Below, in pieces: positions 37,256-48,514 of a stretch of DNA of 64,000 bases. This stretch comes from Octopus vulgaris. Taxonomy: Eukaryota. Location: contig OX597818.1 in assembly GCA_951406725.2 (NCBI GenBank), positions 44,206,001 through 44,270,000 on the forward strand, given 5' to 3'. Under the pieces are notes generated by a model, which did not search any database, had not been told where the DNA came from, and saw only the letters and a list, made by a program, of their open reading frames with translations. Every line of letters begins with the position of its first letter. The stretch's first letter is position 1. Both the position numbers and the translations under genes were made by a program.

Positions 37256-37771
37256 TAAGTTGCTTCTAGCTGTCATAGAATGCGTCGTTTCTATGAGGAT
37301 ATCTAGTTACAGTGATCAGTGGTCTATATTTCTTCAATGAGAGATTACGTTCGTCCTCAAGTGTTTGTTTAGTAAAGAATATTTGATATGGTAAGATTTA
37401 GAGTTTCCTTCAGGCAGTGTATCACAAGCCTCCCACCTCAATGTATATATGCATACATAGATCAACTCTGATATTAAAGCACTGTATATAATGCAAATAC
37501 CATATTATTTTCTAGCAGTAGTATGCATTTTTGTAGCACAGCTTGGAGCAATAATACGCATTTAGCTTTTCAAACTGGATTGCTCAGAAGATAGACATAT
37601 ATTTAGGGTCATGTTCTAACACACAGTGCAGTCTGTGGCAAGCAATTGTTCAAAAGTGCATCTTCATATCCTCATTGTTTTAGCATTGCTAAACTCTACA
37701 CAGACATTCACACACACAAACACACATGAATATATGAAAAAAATGAATAAGAACTGATACAGGGCAGAGAG

Positions 37772-38022
37772 TGGAGGCACGTGGCTTAGTGGTTAGGGTG
37801 TCGCCATCACGATCGTAAGATTGTGGTTTCGATTCCTGGACCGGGCGACGCATTGTGTTCTTGAGCAAAACACTTCATTTCACGTTGCTCCAGTCCACTC
37901 ACTGGCAAAAATGATTAACTCTGCCATGGACTGGCGTCCCGTCAAGCTGGGGAACATATACGCCATAGAAACCGGGCCCATGAGCCTGGCTAGGCTTTAA
38001 AAGGGCGCATTAATTAATTAAT
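37772..38022 (+). mobile_element. SINE family G, young copy
   Basis: TSD tacagggcagagag at 37758-71 and 38023-36. CpGs largely retained. Confidence 0.92.
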
Positions 38023-38434
38023 TACAGGGCAGAGAGGATTCTAGTTCTGTATCAGACAATGTCTCTAGTGCTGGGGACATGATAAAATCCACCTAGTTCA
38101 TGCTGTAGAGGGGTTAGTTATAGGATGGCAATCCAGTTGTAAATAGCAGGGGAAAAAAAGGGGGGTGGTGGACAAGGAGGTGATGTGTAAGTTGTAGAGA
38201 GAGGTGTAACCCAGGTATAGGGGCATTTGTTTTGAATAAGAACCAATTGTGTAGAGGATCTTTTTAGTCCTGCTACTGATAAAGACATACATAACAACAA
38301 AGGTAGCTGGTTGTCTTTGTTGTGTGTAAAGGACAGCAATTATTAGTAAATGCTGTGAGGACCCATCCTACCCATATTAGCATGAAAAAAATGCAAAATG
38401 ATGATATATATGTATGTACATATGAATATATGTA

Positions 38435-38745
38435 GAGCCGCAATGGCCCAGTGGTTAGGGCAGCGGACACGTGGTCGTAGGATCGCAGTTTCGATTCCCA
38501 GACCGGGCGTTGTTAGTGTTTATTGAGCGAAAACACCTAAAGCTCCACGAGGCTCTGGCAGGGGGTGGGGGTGGGTGGTGATCCCTGCTGTACTCTTTTG
38601 CCACATCTTTCTCCCACTCTTTCTTCTGTTGGCCAGCTCACTTAGCCAGCGGGGTGGCATTATTTGAAGGCTAAAACAATGCGAACGCATTGTGACCAGC
38701 GATGTGTAGCAACATCTGATAGTCTGGTCGGTCGTGATCATGTGA
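38435..38745 (+). mobile_element. SINE with family F head and another, distinct tail type
   Basis: Matches 28893 up to ctttctcccactctttcttc, then an unrelated tail ggccagctcacttagcc...gtgatca. Confidence 0.8.
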
Positions 38746-39361
38746 TATGAATATATAAATATATATATATATATATATGTACATACATATACACTCATAG
38801 TATCATTATCATCATCATCTTCATCATAGCCCAATGTCCATTTCTTCCATACAACTTTTTCTCTAGGCATCCCAGTCAAGCATCATGTGAATTGTGAGAT
38901 TCTATATTCTCATGTCTTCCTTCTTCCTTATTTGCACTTCTGTGATGAACACCTTAAATATGAAATTATGGTCCTTTTTCTCCCAGCATACATTAGTAAA
39001 TAATTTTAAATATTTGTTCCCGTATTTCATCTATGGTTTGCATTTACACATGTCTTTGATGCTCAATCCCTTTTTCCCCTTTTCATTGTTCTCAAACTTT
39101 CTTGTAATTTTAGTCATCATCACATTCAAGTCACTTCTGTCCAAATGTTATTCGATGCTGAAAATTCACTATCCTTATTCACACACATCTTAGTGTCCAC
39201 CTTTCTTCATAGAGCAAGGGAAAGCCTTTGTTACCATATGAGATAGCAACTATCTAAATGAATTCCTCTCACCTTAAATCATAGCTACAAAGCTACCTGC
39301 CCTTTTTAACATTATCCCAAAACAATTGAAAGGAAAAGATCCCATCACCTTCAAATAATAT

Positions 39362-39619
39362 CTACTCTTTTACTTGTTTTCGTCATTTGACTGTGGCCAT
39401 GCTGGAGCACCGTCTTTAGTCGAGAAAATTGACCCCAGGACTTATTCTTTGTAAGCCTAGTACTTATTCTATCGGTCTCTTTTGTCAAACCGCTAAGTCA
39501 CGGGGACGTAAACACACCAGCATCGGTTGTCAAGCGATGTTGGGGGTCAAACACTGACACTCTAACATATACACACTCAAACATATACACACTCAAACAT
39601 ATACACACACATACATATA

Positions 39620-39687
<68 letters not shown>

Positions 39688-39854
39688 TACGATGGGCTTC
39701 TTTCAGTTTCTGTCTACCAAATCCACTCACAAGGCTTTGGTCAGCCCGAGACTATAGTAGAAGATACTTGCCCAAGGTGCCACGTAGTTGGACTGAACCC
39801 GGAACCATGTGGTTGGTAAGCAAGCTACTTACCACACAGCCACTCTTGCACCTA
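39362..39854 (-). mobile_element. SINE family B with expanded (TA)n
   Basis: Full-length match. Confidence 0.9.
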
Positions 39855-40680
39855 TCTGGACAAATTTCTTCTAGGGATACCGAATAAGCCACCGATACCC
39901 AGATACCTCTTAGTCAACAACTCCCTACTTGAATGGGCCAAATTCTGTCAGGTGGTATTATTAAGTTAGACGTGACTTTGCCCAATTTTTAGCCAAAACA
40001 TATCTAAGGTTATCTAAGTTTTACCACTGGCTTTAACAGCAGAAGTAGTTAGGCAAGAGAACTTACCTAATGACTTAATAGCGTTGTTTTTAGTGATATC
40101 ATGTCCCTGTTTACTTGCTGCTTTAGTTTTGATTATGTTCAAATTCAAGCCTTTTGATATGAAACCTTTATTTCTAAACTTTGTGTTTTTCTTTGACAGA
40201 TTGTTCAATAAGAAGTGGGTTACTTGTATAGAAATGCTTCCATAAGTGTTCTTGTCTGGATATACATGTGTGTGCAGCATGTGTTGTTATTACTGCTTTG
40301 GTCCTGGGTCAGCCTTGATTTAGCAGGCCAATTATCAAACATACTGCATCCTTGAATATCTTGTTGGTTTTAGGGTATGTAGGCCCTTTCTCAGGGCAAT
40401 GTGTGATTGAGGGAAAGGTGTCTAATATTTGTAGCAGGTCAGGTGACCACATAGGGGTATCCTCATTTGTTTGTGTACTATATGCATATATGTATGTGTG
40501 TATGTGTGTATATATATATGCACACATACACATACACACATATCTATAAGAAATGGAGGTGGAAATAGCACAAAGGCAAATCTAAGACGTTTCAATTTAA
40601 GAATAAATTTAATAAAATGATTTTAAAATTATATAAACTAAACTAAACATTACAGGATTCGATGATGAATCTCATATATA

Positions 40681-40729
<49 letters not shown>

Positions 40730-40731
<2 letters not shown>

Positions 40732-40912
40732 AGTCGACCATGGCATATTGCCAATTTGGTAATAAAATGCAGAAGGCTAGCTGGATGGATCCTCCGAACT
40801 TTCAGAACAAGAGAGAAGGAGACACTGATGGTCCTTTGGAAGACATTCAACTACTGCTCCCAGCTATGGTCACCACACAATAAAAAGTTAACAGCAGAAC
40901 TTGAAGCAATCA
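40730..40912 (+). pseudogene. fragment of the CR1/L2-like LINE C-terminal region
   Basis: KCRRLAGWILRTFRTREKETLMVLWKTF matches 48481-48702. Confidence 0.85.
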
Positions 40913-40967
40913 GGGCATCAGACTGGCTTCCGTGCTGGTGGCACGTAAAAAGCACCACTCAAGCATG

Positions 40968-43650
40968 ATCAACTGCTAGGGTGTGGCACTTTTTCCCACA
41001 GCTATCCACATCCATTCTTGCCACATGACCATACCAGCGCAGTCGTCTCTCTTGCACACCACATCTGATGCTTCTTAGGTCCAACCTTTCTCTCAAGGCA
41101 CTAACACTCTGTCGAGTATGCACACTGACATTACACATCCTTTGGAGCATGCTAGCTTCATTCCTTGCGAGCTTACACATGTCCTCAGCGGTCACAGCCC
41201 ATGTTTCACTGCCATGTAGCATGGCTGTTTGTACACATGCGTCATACAGTCTACCTTTTACTCTGAGCGAGAGGCCTTTTGTCACCAGCAGAAGAAAGAG
41301 CTTTCTGAACTTTGCCCAGGCTATTCTTACTCTAGCAGTTACTCTTTCAGCACACCTGCCCCCGCTACTCACTTGGTCACCTAGGTAACGGAAGCTATCA
41401 ACTATTTCTAGTTTTTCTCCCTGGAATGTGGCAGAAGATGGTCTCTGCATATTTTCAGTGTTTATTGCTCCTGAGCATCTGCCACATACAAAAACTATCT
41501 TCCTAGTTAGCCTTCCTTTGACATTGCTGCACCTCTTATGTGTCCATAGCTTACACTGGGTACATCTTATAGAGTTTCTACCTACGCCTTTTGTACAGAT
41601 CGAGCAGGGCTATCTACCTGAAGGGATTTGTGGCTTGCCTGCCTTCCTACTTATTAGGACTTTGGTTTTAGCTAGGTTGACTCAAAGGCCCTTCGATTCT
41701 CATCCTTGTTTCCATACTTGAAACTTCACCTCTAGTTCTGATAGTGACTCAGCAATTAGAGCAAGGTCATCAGCATAGAGGAGCTCCCAGGGGCATCCTG
41801 TCTTGAATTCCTCCGTTATTGCCTGGAGGACTATGATAAATAGGAGGGGGCTGAGGACTGAACCTTGGTGGACCCCTACCACTACCCTGAATTCTTCACT
41901 GTACTCGTTGCCAACCTTCACCTTACTGACAGCGTCCCTGTACATGGCTTGCACGGCTCTCACTAATCATTCATCTATCCCTAGTTTCCTCATTGACCAC
42001 CAGATAAGGGATCGGGGGACCCTATCAAAGGCTTTCTCCATGTCAATGAAAGCCAGGTACAGGGGCTTATCTTTAGCTAGGTATTTCTTCTGCAGCTGTC
42101 TTACCAGAAATATAGCATCAGTGGTGTTTTTCCCTGGCACGAAACCAAACTGCATCTCATCTAAACTGACTATCTCCCTAATTAGTTGGGCTATGACCCT
42201 CTCTGTGATTACCTGATCCAACAGCTTGATACCTCTGTAATTATTTGTATCTAGAGCATCACCTTTACCTTTGTAGCAGTTGACTATTATGCTGCTACAC
42301 CAGTCATTGGGTATGACTCCTTTGGTTATCACCTGGTTAACTATATGGGTGACCAGGCTATAGCCGACACTGCCAGATATTTTGAGCATCTCTGCAGTAA
42401 TTCCTGATGAGCCTGGGGCTTTCCCTCTTTTCATACTTTTAATTGCTTTATTTACCAAGGTACTGCCAACTTGGATAGCTGGTCCCTCTGTTGGGTCGAC
42501 AATCGGCAGACTCTCTTTCTCCCATTCATTTTCTTTATTCAGCAGCCTTTCATAGTGGCGTCTCCAAACCTCTCTCTTTGCAGCCCCATTTAGTGCAAGA
42601 GAACCATCATCCATGCGGGCACATTTCTCTCCTACAACATCATGATTCTCTCTCACACACTGTCTTGCAACACGAAATACCTCAAGTCTTTGATCCTCAT
42701 GGCATAGAACATTGGCAAATTTTTTCTTATCTGCTTCCCCTCTGACTAAATAAACCTGTCTCCTAGCTTCTCTTCTGGCAGTCTGATACAATTCCTTGCT
42801 ACCACCGTCCTTCCAAGCCTGTCTCTTTTCTCTAATAGCCCTGTCTACAACATTGTTCCACCACGACGTTATTTTGGGTTGAGAGGGGACTTTTCACCAT
42901 CCACAGATCTGGTCAGTGGCTCTTAGCAGGTTGTCCAGTAGAAACCTCCAGTTGTCTTCTACCCCATGTGAAGCTATATCCCCTTCTATTTCATCAAAGG
43001 CTTTGAGTAATATGTCTCTAAATCTTTGTCCATTCGCAGAATCTTTAAGCTTCCAGACACTTCTTCTCCATGTTGGTCTTCTTCTGGGCATCCACTTTGT
43101 CCTGATCCTAAAGTTACTAACTACCAGTCTGTATTGTGGGGTACATTCTTCGCTTGGAAAGGTTTTGGCATTTAGAAGCAGCCATCCTTCATTTTTTTCT
43201 GGCAAGGATGTAGGCAATTTGGCTAGTATGTCAGCCCAATCGGTAGGTGACTAGGTGACTGGAAGGTTTTCTGAAGTTAGTATTGCAAACCATAAGATCA
43301 TTTGCATCACAGAACTCCAGCAGCCTGGTTCCCTCCTCATTGTGGGAACCATAACCATAGCCTCCATGTACGACATGGAAGTCCCCTGTATGTTGTCCAA
43401 CATGTCCATTGAAGTCACCAGCCACAAAGAGAAGATCCCTGTCATTCGTCAACAAGGTAGTCTGCAGTAGGGTGTCATAGAATCGGTCTTTCTGTCCATC
43501 GGGTAGCCCCGGCTGAGGGGCATAGGCCAATATTATGGTTGCTAACCCATGGTGAAGCACTAATCTAATCTTAAGTATTCTGTCGCATACTCTGACTACC
43601 TCAATTACCTTATCTACCCATTTTTCGGTGAGAAGTATACCCACACCCTT
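40968..43650 (-). mobile_element. decayed RTE-clade LINE (APE endonuclease, RT, Cys-rich finger), truncated at both ends
   Basis: APE motifs AYAPQ and VAGDFNGHVG. RT motifs YRGIKLL, QFGFVPG, FIDMEKAFDRVPR, GVHQGSVLSPLLF and LLYADD. C-terminal MLHGSETW and RLRWYGHV. Many stops and frameshifts. Confidence 0.95.
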
Positions 43651-44117
43651 TACTTTCCATTAGTAAATAATTTTCGCCATTATATCATTTTTATATATAT
43701 TGATAGTTATAAGTTAAGATAGATATTAATTATTATATCTATTTATTTAGTTTTTTTTTATAAAAGGATCTAACGTATTACATTTAATTTAATTTGAGAA
43801 TTAGTTTTGTTAGACAATATATTATTTAATTATTAGGTGGTAAATTTATTAAGTAGTATTAAATTTAAGATAATTAGCTATTATATTAATTGATATTTAG
43901 TCAATTATATTATAGTGATAAATTAAATCTATAGATACTACACATATATATTAATTATATAGTTAGCTTATTTGATGAGTTTGTCTATATTTGAACCATT
44001 TCTTATTTTGATTACAATATTAATGGCTTGTACTAGCATTGTGTATATTAATTAATTTTAAAGTATTGAATAATTTAAATATTGGTTTTAGTTTTCACTT
44101 AATGTATATTTAGTATC

Positions 44118-44187
<70 letters not shown>

Positions 44188-44226
44188 GTATATTTATTAA
44201 TTAATTATTTTATTCTAGTTTATTTT

Positions 44227-44334
44227 TAACCTGATGAGTGGCTGTATTTATATCGAAGTGATTTTACTACTACTATTAATTAATCTTTTTACTATAATCA
44301 TTTCTTAAATATAGCCATGAAACATGTGTCGTTA
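44227..44334 (+). ncRNA. type I hammerhead ribozyme motif
   Basis: taac-CTGATGA-gtggctgtattta...taaatatagccat-GAAAC-atgt-GTC-gtta. Stem I taac/gtta and a 13-bp stem II. Confidence 0.8.
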
Positions 44335-44838
44335 TTCTACCAAATATATACGTTTTTATTATTTTTTTGCAATTTACTTAATCTTCGGTATATTATTGTT
44401 ATTTTAATTTTAATATTTCTATTATATGTAATTTTCTAGATGGTGTAATTTAATTGTTCATTTTGAATTGATAAAAGGTGGTTTTTTTCTAAGTGTTATA
44501 TGTATATATATATATTATATTTTGTGAAATTTGATTTAGTATTTCTAAATTGAATTTTTTCCCTGTAAGTTAGGAATAATATTCCTTCAAATAATAATAA
44601 TTATTATTATATATATGTGTGTATATATATATATGTATATATATGATACAAAAAGGAAAATGGAGAAACAATTTAGTTTGTTCATCAACTTTCAGACATT
44701 AGAATGTTGAATTTTTTATTCATATAACAAAATGAGAACCTTAATAGCATACATATGTATCTTATAATTCAATTCATATAAGATAAGAATACGAATTATA
44801 AAAATCATAATATAAATTATTGAAATCATTAAAATCAC

Positions 44839-44973
44839 TCCTTACAGCTGTTTCAGCCTATAGTTAAAAGCAGTTATTTTTATTTTTATTGCCTATAGTT
44901 GTCAATTATATTGAGGTTGTGGACATTTAAAAATAGGGCACTTATATATATAACCATAGACCTCGTCAGAGAT
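44839..44973 (-). ncRNA. type I hammerhead ribozyme motif (inverted copy)
   Basis: Minus strand reads tct-CTGACGA-ggtctatggtta...taactataggct-GAAAC-AGCT-GTA-agg. Confidence 0.75.
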
Positions 44974-45248
44974 TATAAAGAACTTTAAAAATATTAGTAC
45001 ATGAAACAGGATACAAGTATAATTTAATATATATAAAAATATGAACAACTATCCATATAGACTTATACATATACATATATATACATACATAAGCAGAGTG
45101 TATATACTTTTACATGTGTAAAAATATATAAACAAACACAACTGAACAACAGGTCCAAGTAAATATACCATTCGTCATATACATATATATATACATATAC
45201 TGGAACATATAAACACGTCTATGCTCATGACCACATAAACAATAATCA

Positions 45249-45304
<56 letters not shown>

Positions 45305-45932
45305 CAATAATAACAATATTATTATATTTATAGTAATCTTCACTTGACAATACATAGTATAATAGATTCTAATATATCAAATATTATGATACAAGATAAA
45401 CAATCCACACAAATAAATATATATATATATATATATACATATATATATGTATACAAATATACATGTATATAAATATATAAAAAACATACAGTTAGACTTT
45501 GTTTTTCAGTATATAGTTCTTCTTAATACATACAAGTTCATGCGTAATATCGATATGAGTACTTTTTTTCATTTCGTCAAAGTTGAAGTTAAAATTATAC
45601 TTATATTTGTATTTTTATCCATCAAATTAATATAGTATCGTAGAATAATTCCACAAAAACTGATCTACCCATCATTAACGATTTTAAGGAACACAATGCA
45701 TCATGTCTTCATAAAATCGGGTATACTTTCTCCAGGTATAAATAGTACTTATTATAATCTACCCGTTAAAATAAATACAATTAGTTATAATGAGCACTCA
45801 TAAATATACACTCTGCTTATGTATGTATATGTATATGTATAAGTCTATATGGATAGTTGTTCATATTTTTATGTATATTAAATTATACGTGTATCCTGTT
45901 TCATGTACTAATATTTTTAAAGTTCTTTATAA

Positions 45933-46066
45933 TCCCTGACGAGGCCTATGGTTATATATATAAGTACCCTATTTTTAAATGCCTACAACCTCAATATAAT
46001 TGACAACTATAGGCAATAAAAATTTAAATAATTGCTTTTAACCATAGGCTGAAACAGCTGTAAGGA
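45933..46066 (+). ncRNA. type I hammerhead ribozyme motif
   Basis: CTGACGA (45936-42), stem II ggcctatggtta/taaccataggct, GAAAC-AGCT-GTA (46051-62, palindrome acagctgt). Stem I is imperfect. Confidence 0.78.
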
Positions 46067-46629
46067 GTGATTTTAATGAATTCAATAATTTATATTAAGA
46101 CTTTTATAATTTGTATTCTTATCTTATATGTATTGAACTATAAGATACATATGTATGCTATTAAGGTTCTCATTTTGTTAAATGAATAAATAATTCAACA
46201 TTCTAATATCCGAAAGTTGATGAACAAACTAAATTGTTTCTCCATTTTCTTATTTGTATTATAAATTAACAGTAAAATATTTCTTTACCTTCACTCACTT
46301 AATACAATAAATAAGTTAATTGCATTGCAATTAAAAACATTTATGTATTAAGAATTTGTTTACTTTACCAACAGTATATTGGATAAATACTATCCCTTAG
46401 TGGGTTGCACCCATAACTTCTAACTTGCTTTGTGTTATATATGTCCATATATATATATATATATATATATTCTGTTGTGTCTGGAGAGAGTCATTTTCTT
46501 TTTATGCCTTATAATATAACACATTCACCGGTAAAATTTCCACTTATTTCTTATTTTTATTGTCCTAAAATTTTCATTGCATCTTGCAACCTTTGACTCT
46601 GTCCGTTATTTACACTGTGTTCCTTTTTG

Positions 46630-47090
46630 TTTGTTTGTGCGCATGTGTGTGGGTCAGTTTGTGTGTGTGCCTATGCATGTAGGCATGTATGTATGTATGC
46701 ATATGTATACATGTGTGAGTATGCATATGTATATATGTGTGAGTATGCATATGTATATATGTATGTGTGTGCATCTGTATGTATGTATTCTGCATATTCA
46801 TGTGCTTGCATGTCTGTGTTTGTGTATTTTTATGTATGTGTATGTGTGAGCATGTGTTTGTATATGTATGCACCTCTGTCTCCTTGAGTGTGCATGTGTG
46901 TGTTTTGCCACTATGTACCATGTATGGATGTGCACCTCTATATGTGTGGACACATGTCTCCATATGTGTCCTTGTGTGGAGTAAAGTGTGTGTGTATATA
47001 TGGTCATGTGTTTCAGTCTCCATTCGCATATTTACATATAACCTATGTACCTATCCATCTGTATGTGTGGATACGTGTCTCCATATGTGA
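46630..47090. repeat. degenerate (GT/AT) low-complexity tract
   Basis: Read directly. Explains the Cys/Val/Met/His-rich ORFs. Confidence 0.9.
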
Positions 47091-47312
47091 GGATTTTAGA
47101 ACATTTATAAATGTTCTAAAATCTTCATAGCCTCGGTTTTTTATCGCATTCTGAAAAAAAATTTTTAAATACACACATGCTGTTATATGACCTACATTGG
47201 CCTCCTTATTCTCATAATCACTGAACCTGGAGCTTAACTATGTTCTATCCATCGCTCTTACTCAGCATTACCTGACACCTTTGGGTCTTATTGACACCAT
47301 TACTTCTCCTAA

Positions 47313-47356
<44 letters not shown>

Positions 47357-47450
47357 CACATACATACGTATATATATATATATATAGTTAATCCAAACAA
47401 GAAAACACAGACAAAAAAAAAAAACACAGCAAATATATATATATATATAT

Positions 47451-47828
47451 ATAGAAGTAAATATATAGCACAATGAAGTACCGATATTTACGTTCTGTCA
47501 GCATTTTGGCGCTTCAGTCGAGTGTATTGGCATTGATGTGGCAACATCTGAAATGTTGTCGGGTATATGTTGGTTGATGAAGATAAATCAAGTATATGTG
47601 TGCAGACATATCTTGAAAAATCTGAAACCGGTCCCACATTATCCCTATCTAGGTATTTCATCTTTCAGATGTTCTCCCTGGAGGTAAGACAATTTTTTTC
47701 AAGTTTGTTGCACACACGCATTTTTGCTAGTACATACGCGGTGAAGCTATACATTAGCGTCGTATTTATTACGTTCGCTATTTTCCAGTAAATATCGGTA
47801 CTTCGTTGTGCTATATATTTACTTCTAT
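47451..47828. repeat. 41-bp inverted repeat with ~300-bp CpG-containing spacer, next to (TA)n
   Basis: 47451-47491 versus 47788-47828, one mismatch. Confidence 0.85.
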
Positions 47829-48340
47829 GTATAATTTTCCCTCACGGGCTATTCTTTACTGGAAAGCAATACTCTCGTATTGCATTACTATTTTTATATA
47901 TATATATATCTATATTTATATATATATATCTGTATTTATATATATATATATATCTGTATATATATATATATCTGTATTTATATATATATGTATGTCTTTT
48001 GTTTTTTTGAATATACACGACACTAAGCATTGTTTCTCACTGTCAGGTCAAATCTCAATTCAAATATAGCTATGCCTTTCCACTGGACATTTCAATACAG
48101 TCTTTTCCCTACACGACTTGTTTGGCATTATACTTTATCTCCTTACTCATCTCTAAAGGGAACATCTCTAAAACCTCTCTCACTTCTATTTTCAAATAAC
48201 CATTATAGCCTTTAGTTTTAGTTAATACTTACCTGGACTCACACATATCTTCCTTTCTCATAAGGATAAATATGAATCTCCTAGATCGTATTCTACATTT
48301 TCCTTTGTCGTATCCTTTGTAAAGATATTGTCTATACTTC

Positions 48341-48460
48341 TTGCACTGAAGAGTACAGTGATATATAATTAATTTAATTTAATCTAATTAATTTTATTAA
48401 TTCTGTTCAACCATGAATTTGCATGATTTTTATATCGCTGTACAAAATGATCGTCTTCAT
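48341..48460 (+). ncRNA. decayed type I hammerhead motif
   Basis: CTGAAGA (48346-52), stem II gtacagtgatata/tatatcgctgtac, then aaaat-gatc-GTC, which is GAAAC-GATC-GTC after two CpG-type transitions. Confidence 0.62.
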
Positions 48461-48514
48461 GAATTAAAATTCTATATATTTCAACACCTTCTCTTCTCCA
48501 TTTTTTTGCAGACA

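Larger units (their letters stand above)
44644..46262. mobile_element. ~460-bp inverted repeat pair carrying hammerheads (Penelope-like pLTR arrangement)
   Basis: 44644-45105 is the reverse complement of 45804-46262 (about 90% identical by eye), with a ~700-bp spacer. Left arm starts after (TA)n. Confidence 0.88.

Noticed and set aside
47492-47787. Penelope ORF remnant in the inverted-repeat spacer (also 62600-63030)
   Set aside because: Translations show no recognisable RT or GIY-YIG motif.
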